61,914 nt of DNA, from positions 1 through 61,914 of the forward strand of contig JAZRWB010000030.1 of NCBI GenBank assembly GCA_045599445.1, read 5' to 3'. This stretch comes from Kiritimatiellia bacterium. Lineage in GTDB: Bacteria > Verrucomicrobiota > Kiritimatiellia > RFP12 > UBA1067. The translations under genes were made by a program, and so were the position numbers. Position 1 is the first letter of the stretch; each line of letters begins with the position of its first letter. The notes beneath the pieces are model-generated. The model saw only the letters and a program-made list of their open reading frames with translations. It searched no databases and was not told the DNA's origin. Positions 45,437 to 52,950 of the stretch are shown one piece after another.

Positions 45437-46440
45437 AGTTTGCTCCTTTCGAGACTATCGAAGTCGCGCCAAAACGCGGGATAGGACTTTTCGACGCATT
45501 CCGCGTTAAGAACGGTTATCGGACTTCTCCAGTAGTTCGCAAGAATAGCGCTTGCCATCGCTATCCGATGATCGCCGAAGGGATCGACCGCTTCGCCGCG
45601 CGAAATCGACGCGAGCATCGACGCGGTGGATTTCAGGCGATCGCTCTCCTTGTAGCGCAAGCGTTCGGTGCCGGTGAAAGCGACATCGCGCTTCTTCGCG
45701 AAAGCGTAGGCGGCGAGCACGGGATAGAGGTCGGGCGTCGCGTCGACGTCGAGCGTGCTCGCGCCCTCGTCGATGGCGGAAATGAGTTCGACGATTTTCC
45801 TGTCGCCTTGCAAAGAATCGCCTTTAAGCCCCTTCACCTTCACGCCCATCGCGAGGAAGAACGCGGCTTGCGACCAGTCGCCTTCGACCGCTTCGGTTTG
45901 GTGGAAGCGGTAGGTTTGGCGACCGCGCACCTTCCACGTATCGCCCGAGCGCGAAAACTCGATTCCCGAAGCGATTAAAACGCTTTCGGTGAGCGCGACG
46001 TAGGCGGCGCTTTTAAGTCCACCCTCGACGACGATCTCCGAATCCCAATCGGCGAGCGGAAGCGCCATTAAAAGTCCCGAGACGAATTGCGAGGAAACGC
46101 CGCCCGGCAAAACATAGCGCGACTTGCGCTCGAACGCGAGACGCGGACGCTCGGCAAGCCGCCCTTCAAGCCGAAACTCGCCGCGAAAACCCTTTACGCC
46201 CGCAATCGGCTCCAAAAGCCGCAAGGTCGTTCCACTCTCACCGCACGGCCAGACCGGATCGCCCGAAAGCATCGCCTTCAAAACGGCGCGAGTCGCGAAC
46301 GTATCCTTGGACTCGCCCCGAATCGCGGGCGGCTCGACGCCCGAAAGCGTGGAGGCGATGAGCACGCGATGGGCGAGCGACTTGGACGAGGGAATCGTTA
46401 CCTCGCCGACTCGCTTGCCCGGCTCGAGCGTTTTCGTCAT
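45433..46440 (-). CDS. aroA: 3-phosphoshikimate 1-carboxyvinyltransferase (short, 335 aa)
   Basis: PSSKS..HR, CGESGTTLR, RP, SSQF.SGLL, EGDWS, QGD, PDL.P, LR.KESDR, DHRIAM, V.KSYP.FW. Confidence 0.92.
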   Translation of the reverse strand: MTKTLEPGKRVGEVTIPSSKSLAHRVLIASTLSGVEPPAIRGESKDTFATRAVLKAMLSGDPVWPCGESGTTLRLLEPIAGVKGFRGEFRLEGRLAERPRLAFERKSRYVLPGGVSSQFVSGLLMALPLADWDSEIVVEGGLKSAAYVALTESVLIASGIEFSRSGDTWKVRGRQTYRFHQTEAVEGDWSQAAFFLAMGVKVKGLKGDSLQGDRKIVELISAIDEGASTLDVDATPDLYPVLAAYAFAKKRDVAFTGTERLRYKESDRLKSTASMLASISRGEAVDPFGDHRIAMASAILANYWRSPITVLNAECVEKSYPAFWRDFDSLERSKL

Positions 46441-47492
46441 CAGCGCGAAAGTTCCTTGGCCGCGCGACCTTCTGCGAGCAGCATTTCAAGCTTTTTGTCC
46501 GCGCCCTTGTCGAGCGCGACGCGGTACTCTTCAAGCCGTTTTACGAGCCGACCGAGAACGCGAGAAAGCGCCTTGGCGTTAAGCCGGAAAAGATTCGTCC
46601 ACATTTCGGGATCGACGGTGGCGACGCGGGTCATGTCCTGAAAACTGCCTGCGGAAAAACCCGCGTGCGAACGCGAAAGCTGATCGCGCACATACGCCGA
46701 GGAAACGACGTGGGCGAGCTGGCTCGTGTAGGCGATCATCTCGTCGTGGCGCTTTGGATCGACGACGGTAAAGCCGCCGAATCCGCAGACCGCGAGCGCG
46801 CGCTTAAGCGCCATCACCTTCGCGCGCTTCGTCCACGCATACGGCGTCAGGATCATCGACGCTTGAACGAACAGCGCGCCGTCGGAATTGGCGTAGCCGC
46901 TTCGTTCCTTGCCCGCCATCGGATGTCCGCCGATGTAAGTCCACTTCGCCTTCCTCGCGGTTTTCTCGAGCGCGGCGCAAATCGCGCCCTTCACTCCCGC
47001 AGCATCGGTAACGAGCGCCGAGGGCTTGAACGCGTCCTTGTGGGCGACAATCCACGGCGCGACGAGGCGCGGCGGCAAGGCGACGATCACAAGGTCGCAC
47101 TTCGAAATCAGGGAATCGTCCTTCAAATCGACGACTTCGCTTCCGGCGGCGCGAAACGCCTTCTCGAAAGATCCTCCGATAAGCCCCATTCCGCGAATCC
47201 CGACTACCTTCGGCGCTTTCGCTTTCGCGCCGACAATGAGGCGCGATTGACGAGCGCGCGAGCGCGCCATCAGCGACTTGAAGATCGCCTTCGCGTCATC
47301 TTGCAAATCCGCGCCGACGAGCGAGGCAACGCGCGACAACACCGCCTCTTCGCGCTTCGCGTCGAGCACTTTCACGCCGCTTTTCCGCTTGAGCGCGCCG
47401 ACTTCATCGGTAAGCGCAAAACGCCGCGCCAGCAAGGCGGCGAGCTTTTCGTCGATCAGGTCGATTTGGGAACGGAGACGAGCGAGGTTCAT
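46440..47492 (-). CDS. tyrA: Chorismate mutase-prephenate dehydrogenase fusion
   Basis: LR.QID.ID..L..LL..R (AroQ-class mutase); G.GLIGGS, D.AGVK, GGHPMAGKE.SG, HD...A..SQL.H, GSF.D.TRVA. Start trimmed to MNLARL. Confidence 0.9.
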   Translation of the reverse strand: MNLARLRSQIDLIDEKLAALLARRFALTDEVGALKRKSGVKVLDAKREEAVLSRVASLVGADLQDDAKAIFKSLMARSRARQSRLIVGAKAKAPKVVGIRGMGLIGGSFEKAFRAAGSEVVDLKDDSLISKCDLVIVALPPRLVAPWIVAHKDAFKPSALVTDAAGVKGAICAALEKTARKAKWTYIGGHPMAGKERSGYANSDGALFVQASMILTPYAWTKRAKVMALKRALAVCGFGGFTVVDPKRHDEMIAYTSQLAHVVSSAYVRDQLSRSHAGFSAGSFQDMTRVATVDPEMWTNLFRLNAKALSRVLGRLVKRLEEYRVALDKGADKKLEMLLAEGRAAKELSR

Positions 47493-48502
47493 GCGTGGCG
47501 CCAAGCGTAGGGACGAAGCGCGGAAAGCTTTTTCATCATCGCCGCGAACATTTCGGGCGTTTGCGATTGCGCGCCGTCGCACAATGCGCGCGGCGGATTG
47601 TTGTGGACTTCGACGATAAGGCCGTCCGCACCCATCGCCGTCGCGCCCATCGCGCACGGCTCGACGTATTGGGCGTAACCGGTCGCGTGACTCGGGTCGA
47701 TGACGACCGGCAGATGCGAAAGCCGCTTCAAGACGGGAATCACCGTAAGATCGATGGTGTTGCGCGTCGCGGTCTCGAAGGTACGGATGCCGCGTTCGCA
47801 AACGATCACGTTCGGATTGCCGCTCGCCATAATGTACTCGGCGCTCATCAAAAGCTCCTGCAAAGTGGCGCTCATGCCGCGCTTCAGGAGAATCGGCTTT
47901 TTCGAGCGCGCTCCGACTTCCTTCAGGAGGTCGAAGTTCTGCATATTGCGCGCGCCGATTTGGATTACGTCCACATCGTTAAATAGCGGCAGATGCTCGA
48001 TTGCCATAAGCTCGGTTACGATCGGCAAGCCCGTTTCCTTCTTCGCTTCGAGCAAGATTTCGAGTCCGCGCTTGCCCAATCCCTGAAAAGCGTAGGGCGA
48101 GGTGCGCGGCTTGAAGGCGCCACCGCGCAACATGTTCGCGCCCGCGGCCTTAACCACTTTCGCAATCGCGATCATCTGTTCCGGCGACTCGACGCTGCAC
48201 GGTCCCGCGATTACCTGGAAGTTTCCGCCGCCCAACTTCACGCCCGAACAGTCGACGACCGAATCGTCGGGATGGAATTTGCGGTTAGCCGCCTTGTAGG
48301 GCTCCTGAATGCGCTGGACGCTTTCAACCGCGTCAAGCGCCTGCACAAGTCCGACGTCGATCTTCGCGACGTCGCCGACGCACCCGATCAGCGTTTCGTG
48401 CTCGCCCGACGAGACGTGGGGCGTGATGTTGCGTTCCTTGAGAAACGCCATCAAATCGTCGACCGCAGTTTGAGCGACGTTTTTCTTCAGAATTATTATC
48501 AT
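47489..48502 (-). CDS. aroF: DAHP synthase (type I-beta with ACT-like N-terminus)
   Basis: IAGPCSVE, RGGAFKPRTSPYAFQG, QIGARNMQNF, LLKRG, CERGIRTFE, DPSH.TG, EVH. Start trimmed to MIIILKK. Confidence 0.95.
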   Translation of the reverse strand: MIIILKKNVAQTAVDDLMAFLKERNITPHVSSGEHETLIGCVGDVAKIDVGLVQALDAVESVQRIQEPYKAANRKFHPDDSVVDCSGVKLGGGNFQVIAGPCSVESPEQMIAIAKVVKAAGANMLRGGAFKPRTSPYAFQGLGKRGLEILLEAKKETGLPIVTELMAIEHLPLFNDVDVIQIGARNMQNFDLLKEVGARSKKPILLKRGMSATLQELLMSAEYIMASGNPNVIVCERGIRTFETATRNTIDLTVIPVLKRLSHLPVVIDPSHATGYAQYVEPCAMGATAMGADGLIVEVHNNPPRALCDGAQSQTPEMFAAMMKKLSALRPYAWRHA

Positions 48503-49419
48503 TTCAGCATCCTCTCCAATTCCGCAATCGGCGTCTCGACCATTTCGCACTCGCCGATGCGTTTCGGCACGATCAGCGTTACCTTGTCGAACGTGCGCTT
48601 CTTGTCCATCATAATCGCCTTCACGACTTCGGACGAATCCTTGCCATCGTCCGCGGCGAATCCGTAAGCGTCGAGAATCTCGCCGATTTCGGGAATGTCG
48701 CGCCCGACGATGCGCAGCCCCATCGCCACCGCCTCGCCGTGCGATAGCGTATAACCTGAAAGCTTCTCGAAGGCATGACCGAAAGTGTGGCCGAGATTAA
48801 GTAGCTTGCGCTTGCCGCGCTCGCGAAAATCCTCTTCCACGACGCGCGCTTTCAATTCCGCGCACCGCTCGATCGCGCGATGAAGCTTTTCGCCGGTCGG
48901 CCGGCTTTTCAATAGCGCGAAAAGCTCCGCATCGAAGAGAATCGCGGTCTTGATCATTTCGGCGAAACCGTTCTTCATTTCGCGCTCGGGCAAGGTTTCG
49001 AGAAACGCGTAATTGCGGATGATTTCCAGCGGAGCGTGGAACGCGCCGACCAAGTTCTTGCCCTCGGGAACGTCCACTCCGGTCTTGCCGCCAATCGAGG
49101 AATCGACCATCGCCAAGAGCGTCGTCGGCACTTGCACGAACCCGATTCCGCGCATATAGGTCGAGGCGGCGAATCCCGTAAGGTCTCCGACCACGCCGCC
49201 TCCGAGCGCGTAGGCGACGTCGCTCCGCGTCATGCCGAGCGCGGCGAACCCGCGCACGAGTTCGCAATAGGTTTCGAGCGTCTTGGACTTCTCGCCTGCG
49301 GGAAAGACGATGCGCTCGACGCGCTCGGCGCGGTCCGCAAGCGAGGAAACGAACTTGTCGCCGTGGAGTCGATCCACGTTCGAATCCGTAACTACGGTTA
49401 TTGAGCCGAGCTTCTTCAT
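48499..49419 (-). CDS. aroB: 3-dehydroquinate synthase
   Basis: GE.SK, LGGGVVGDL.GF.ASTYMRG, PTTLLAMVDSSIGGKTG, KNLVGAFH.P, LNLGHTFGHA.E, HGEAVA.G. Confidence 0.94.
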   Translation of the reverse strand: MKKLGSITVVTDSNVDRLHGDKFVSSLADRAERVERIVFPAGEKSKTLETYCELVRGFAALGMTRSDVAYALGGGVVGDLTGFAASTYMRGIGFVQVPTTLLAMVDSSIGGKTGVDVPEGKNLVGAFHAPLEIIRNYAFLETLPEREMKNGFAEMIKTAILFDAELFALLKSRPTGEKLHRAIERCAELKARVVEEDFRERGKRKLLNLGHTFGHAFEKLSGYTLSHGEAVAMGLRIVGRDIPEIGEILDAYGFAADDGKDSSEVVKAIMMDKKRTFDKVTLIVPKRIGECEMVETPIAELERMLK

Positions 49420-49420
49420 C

Positions 49421-50191
49421 TTACCAAGTCATTCTCGTCGGAACGCCGGACATGTGCATCGCCGACTTGATCTCCGCGATCGTCCAGTCTCCCGTATGGA
49501 TCATTCCCGCGATAATCGCCGCGTCCGCGTTCGCCTTCTTAAAAACGGTTACGAGATCTTCGGGCTTGCCCGCGCCGCCCGAGGCGACTACCGGCACTTC
49601 CACCGCGCTTGCGATGAGCGAAGTTATCGTAAGCTCGAAGCCCTCGCGCGTTCCGTCGGCATCGACCGAATTGACCACGATTTCGCCCGCGCCGAGATCC
49701 GCCGCCCGTTTCGCCCACTCCACCGCGTCCATTCCCGTCCACTCGCGAAAGCCGCGCGTAGTTATTTCGTAACCGCTTTTCGTCTTCGTTGACTTCGCGG
49801 GGTCCATCCCCAAAACGATGCATTGACGACCGAACGCCCTCGCGCCTTCGGCGATGATCTCGGGGTTCTTGACCGCAAGCGAATTCACGGAGACTTTCTC
49901 CGCGCCCGCGAGAATGACGCGCTCCATATCGGAAACGCTCGAAATTCCGCCGCCGACCGCGAAAGGAATGCGAATCGCCGACGCGACGGCGCGCACCATG
50001 CCGATGTCGATTGGACGACGCTCCGCGGAAGCGGTGATGTCATAGACGACGAGCTCGTCCGCACCGCCCTCGGAATACTTCACCGCCAGCTCGACGGGGT
50101 CTCCGAGATCGATGTTGTTTTTGAACTTCACGCCCTTGGTGACGCGACCGCTCCGAACGTCCAGGCAGGGAATGACTCTCTTTTTCAGCAT
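49421..50191 (-). CDS. hisF: Imidazole glycerol phosphate synthase cyclase subunit
   Basis: KRVIPCLDV, KGVKF, GDPVE, GADEL..YDITAS, VGGGI, GAGEI..NS.D.DGT, ASGGAG. Start trimmed to MLKKRV. Confidence 0.95.
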   Translation of the reverse strand: MLKKRVIPCLDVRSGRVTKGVKFKNNIDLGDPVELAVKYSEGGADELVVYDITASAERRPIDIGMVRAVASAIRIPFAVGGGISSVSDMERVILAGAEKVSVNSLAVKNPEIIAEGARAFGRQCIVLGMDPAKSTKTKSGYEITTRGFREWTGMDAVEWAKRAADLGAGEIVVNSVDADGTREGFELTITSLIASAVEVPVVASGGAGKPEDLVTVFKKANADAAIIAGMIHTGDWTIAEIKSAMHMSGVPTRMTW

Positions 50192-50745
50192 GCGAGCCAC
50201 TCCTTCAGAAATTCCAAACCGACGCGCCCCGACTTCTCGGGATGGAACTGCGTCGCCCAAAGCCGCCCCTTCTTCACGCTTGCCGTGAACTCCACTCCGG
50301 CGTAGGACGCCTTGCCGTCGGTGTAGGGGCAAAGCTCGGCGTAGTAACTGTGGACGAAGTAAAATTCCTTTTGTCCTACGTCGTTCCAGCCGATTTCGGG
50401 AACCTTGAAGCCGGCGACATTGGGGAAGCGACGAACCTTTCCGGGCACGATCCCCAGACACTCCACTCCGCCGTCCTCCTCGGTGCGGTCGAAGAGAATT
50501 TGCATCCCGAGGCAAATACCGAGAAAGGGTTTTTCGTTCGCCGACGCACGAACCGCCTCCACGAGCCCGAGCGCACGCAAATTCTCCATCGCGCTCGCCG
50601 CGGCGCCGACGCCCGGGAAGACGACTCTATCGGCGGTAATGACCGCCTTCGGGTCGGCGGTAATTGTCGTTTCGACTCCAAGCGCGTCGAAGGCGAGCTT
50701 GACGCTCGTCAAATTCCCCGCCTTGTAGTCCACTATCGCAATCAT
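50185..50745 (-). CDS. hisH: Imidazole glycerol phosphate synthase glutaminase subunit
   Basis: DY.AGNL.SV, FPGVG, GICLGMQ, YFVHSY, QFHPEKSG. Confidence 0.95.
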   Translation of the reverse strand: MIAIVDYKAGNLTSVKLAFDALGVETTITADPKAVITADRVVFPGVGAAASAMENLRALGLVEAVRASANEKPFLGICLGMQILFDRTEEDGGVECLGIVPGKVRRFPNVAGFKVPEIGWNDVGQKEFYFVHSYYAELCPYTDGKASYAGVEFTASVKKGRLWATQFHPEKSGRVGLEFLKEWLAC

Positions 50746-50752
50746 TGCCCAT

Positions 50753-50761
50753 ATTATACCA
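50753..50761 (-). promoter_or_regulatory. Extended -10 promoter (TGGTATAAT), leaderless hisH
   Basis: 7 nt before the hisH ATG. Confidence 0.65.
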
Positions 50762-50804
50762 TACTGAGCGCGCTACGAGATGAAAAGCCGCTTCGCGCGG
50801 CAAT

Positions 50805-51158
50805 CTACAAAGCGTCATTGACGCTAATCCATACCGCCGCAATACCGGCGAGGACGCTTACGGCGATATACACCGCGGCAATCAACCAATCGCCAGCGCG
50901 CAACATGGCGAGGCACTCGCCGGAAAAGGTGGAAAAGGTCGTAAATCCGCCGCAAAGCCCGACGGCGAGGAAAAGTCGCGCCTCTTCCGAAATAACGCCC
51001 TTGCCGGACAATGCGCCGACTAATCCAATGAGAAACGAGCCGAGCACATTCACCGCAAGCGTTCCCCACGGCCACCCGCGTCCGTTCATTATTAGCGCAA
51101 CAGCATACCGCAAGACGCTACCCGCGCCACCACCAAGAAATACCAGCAAGAATTTCAT
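50805..51158 (-). CDS. crcB: Fluoride efflux channel Fluc/CrcB
   Basis: GGG.G..LRY, PWGTLAVN.LGSF.IG, GLCGGFTTFSTFS.E. Confidence 0.94.
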   Translation of the reverse strand: MKFLLVFLGGGAGSVLRYAVALIMNGRGWPWGTLAVNVLGSFLIGLVGALSGKGVISEEARLFLAVGLCGGFTTFSTFSGECLAMLRAGDWLIAAVYIAVSVLAGIAAVWISVNDAL

Positions 51159-51204
51159 AAGCACCGTGAATTATCGAAGCGGAAAGTGTGCTTTTGCCCT
51201 CAGA

Positions 51205-51822
51205 CTATGCGAACTTGACGAACTTACGCACTGCTTCGCCAATCTTTGCCTTAATTTCCTCCCATTTCACTGGAACGAACATTTTGGGCATAGGATCGTC
51301 TTCCGCATCGTCAAAATACGTAAGACCACGAAGGGCGAACGAAATCTCCGAAACCGCAAACTTGCGTTTGTACAAATTAAACATCTCCAAAAGCGAATAA
51401 CGGTTCAGCAAAAACGCAATATCAATGAAGTCTTTTTTCTTTCCGCGATTGGCAACCGCGGAAAGTTTCATTGCGGCAATATCATCGCTTCCGGCAAGAA
51501 CGACCCCGCTTTCAGCAACCGGGCTCGAAATCCACGGATACTGATAATTGACCAAATCCACCTTGATATCATCGACGAGTAACGATTGAACCTCGCCACT
51601 TTCGACGCCTTCCACCCGGTGACCAAGTTCCGATAAGATTTTGCGAAATGACTGCTTACCGTCGAAATTACCAAATAAGTCAATATCCACCGAGGCACGA
51701 TGACCCATTTGCAACGCCAAAGCAGTTCCACCGACAAGCCGCATATCCTTCAATTCGGAATGCGCTTGCAGCGTTTTCAGTAAATCCAAGGTGCTTGTGA
51801 GGACTGTTTCGCAGTGTAGCAT
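51205..51822 (-). CDS. AbiEii/AbiGii-like nucleotidyltransferase toxin
   Basis: LVGGTALALQ.GHR.S.DIDLF, IAAMKL.A...RG.KKDF.D, L.YFDDAE.DPMP. Start trimmed to MLHCETV. Confidence 0.88.
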   Translation of the reverse strand: MLHCETVLTSTLDLLKTLQAHSELKDMRLVGGTALALQMGHRASVDIDLFGNFDGKQSFRKILSELGHRVEGVESGEVQSLLVDDIKVDLVNYQYPWISSPVAESGVVLAGSDDIAAMKLSAVANRGKKKDFIDIAFLLNRYSLLEMFNLYKRKFAVSEISFALRGLTYFDDAEDDPMPKMFVPVKWEEIKAKIGEAVRKFVKFA

Positions 51823-52061
51823 CGGAAGCTTTCCTTGGGAAGATTGGCAATACAAGCAATAAACGACAGCGCTTTCGGCTCCAAAGTTCGCAAATTCCTG
51901 GCAACCTCGACGATAACCTTCGCGCCATAATACTCGAAGGCAACCCGCAAATCCGCAAACGCCCCGCGCTCCAGTACGCGCTGAATCACATACTTTTTAT
52001 TGGCGTCGAAATCCAACTGTTCGGGATCGGCGTCCCAAAATAGATTAGGCGAATACCCCAT
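51777..52061 (-). CDS. DUF6922-like small partner/antitoxin protein
   Basis: S..LFWD.....LD...K.YVI.RVLERG...D......YYG; overlaps the toxin gene. Start trimmed to MGYSPN. Confidence 0.8.
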   Translation of the reverse strand: MGYSPNLFWDADPEQLDFDANKKYVIQRVLERGAFADLRVAFEYYGAKVIVEVARNLRTLEPKALSFIACIANLPKESFRCYTAKQSSQAPWIY

Positions 52062-52067
52062 ACCGAT

Positions 52068-52076
52068 ATTATACCA
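52068..52076 (-). promoter_or_regulatory. Extended -10 promoter (TGGTATAAT), leaderless TA operon
   Basis: 6 nt before the ATG at 52061. Confidence 0.65.
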
Positions 52077-52099
52077 ATTCCCATTCACTGCGGTCAATC

Positions 52100-52400
52100 C
52101 GCCGCTATCTGCGAAATAATAGCTCAAAGACCCTCGCGCGGACCCTTGCGGGCGGCTTCGCCGTTGCCTTCGGCAATCTACCCTCCAAAAGCTTCGCTTT
52201 CTGCGGCGCATCCCCAATTCCGGCGCAAACAAGAAACGCATCCGTGCGACGCACGGCACACGCGCCTCCATTAGGTACCCGAAACGACATATTCGTCCCT
52301 CCGCTCCGCACTGGGCGCTCGGCACTCGGCTTCGCCTCGGCTTTCCGCTCACTTACGTTCGCCCCTCAAAACAAGTTTTTCGGCGGCTACAACGCGCAAA
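52100..52400. other. Intergenic cluster of short hairpins (structured ssDNA or RNA element)
   Basis: CCCTTGCGGG 52143, CGGCTTCGCCG 52153, TTGCCTTCGGCAA 52164, AAAGCTTCGCTTT 52188, CCGTGCGACGCACGG 52242, GGCTTCGCC 52328, CGGCTTTCCG 52338, AAAACAAGTTTT 52368. Confidence 0.65.
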
Positions 52401-52466
52401 GGGATTCCCGAAGCGACTTGTCGACTTCTCGTTCCTCGCTGGGCAAAAGTTATCAACATTTTTCCA

Positions 52467-52940
52467 TCAATGGGGTCGGACCTTACTGCGACCTACCTTA
52501 GTCTGCGTCCTAACCTTTCTTCTCGGCATATCCACCGCTCTCCCATGCCGAATATCGTACTCGTCCGCCCTACTCTTAATCGCCCGACACATCGCGGCGA
52601 TTGCCACGCCGACGATAAGGATTACGCTTTCTATCGCCAGCGATAATAAGAAGATTCCCACGGTCGGCCGATCCGCCCTCAATACGATCAGCAAAACGGC
52701 ATTCAGCGCAAAGAGCAATAAAAGCACAATCTGAATCTTGTGGCTGTTCTGCTTCAGCCCGGCCATGCACTTATCGTCAAACTCCACCGCCGCCTCAAAA
52801 TTGCACGCCTTGCAAATCATCACCCACGCCGAATGTATGCCCTTAGCTATGAGTACTATCAGCTCGTAGATGATCCCGAAAAAGATCATCCACAGTATCC
52901 ACGATACTACCGAATCCCACGCTCCTTTGTCTTTACTCAT
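52467..52940 (-). CDS. Hypothetical membrane protein (about 3 TM)
   Basis: Three hydrophobic stretches and a basic C-terminal tail; ATG lies 10 bp after the helicase stop. Confidence 0.6.
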   Translation of the reverse strand: MSKDKGAWDSVVSWILWMIFFGIIYELIVLIAKGIHSAWVMICKACNFEAAVEFDDKCMAGLKQNSHKIQIVLLLLFALNAVLLIVLRADRPTVGIFLLSLAIESVILIVGVAIAAMCRAIKSRADEYDIRHGRAVDMPRRKVRTQTKVGRSKVRPH

Positions 52941-52950
52941 AAATCTTTTA

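Noticed and set aside
51159-51204. Fluoride riboswitch upstream of crcB
   Set aside because: Only about 46 bp of intergenic space and no GGCGATGG...CGCC consensus visible.
11448-51582. Many long plus-strand ORFs (e.g. 18209..20263, 20306..22810, 27896..30457, 36262..38094, 40527..42794)
   Set aside because: They mirror well-supported minus-strand genes, are Arg/Leu-rich and motif-free, and are the expected artefact of high-GC codon bias.
26950-52352. Longest-ORF 5' extensions for dxr, the IRE-like gene, aroE-K, tyrA, aroF, hisF, the AbiEii-like toxin and DUF6922
   Set aside because: The extensions overlap upstream genes or the tRNA and lack family similarity. Internal ATGs fit the overlaps and promoter spacing better.
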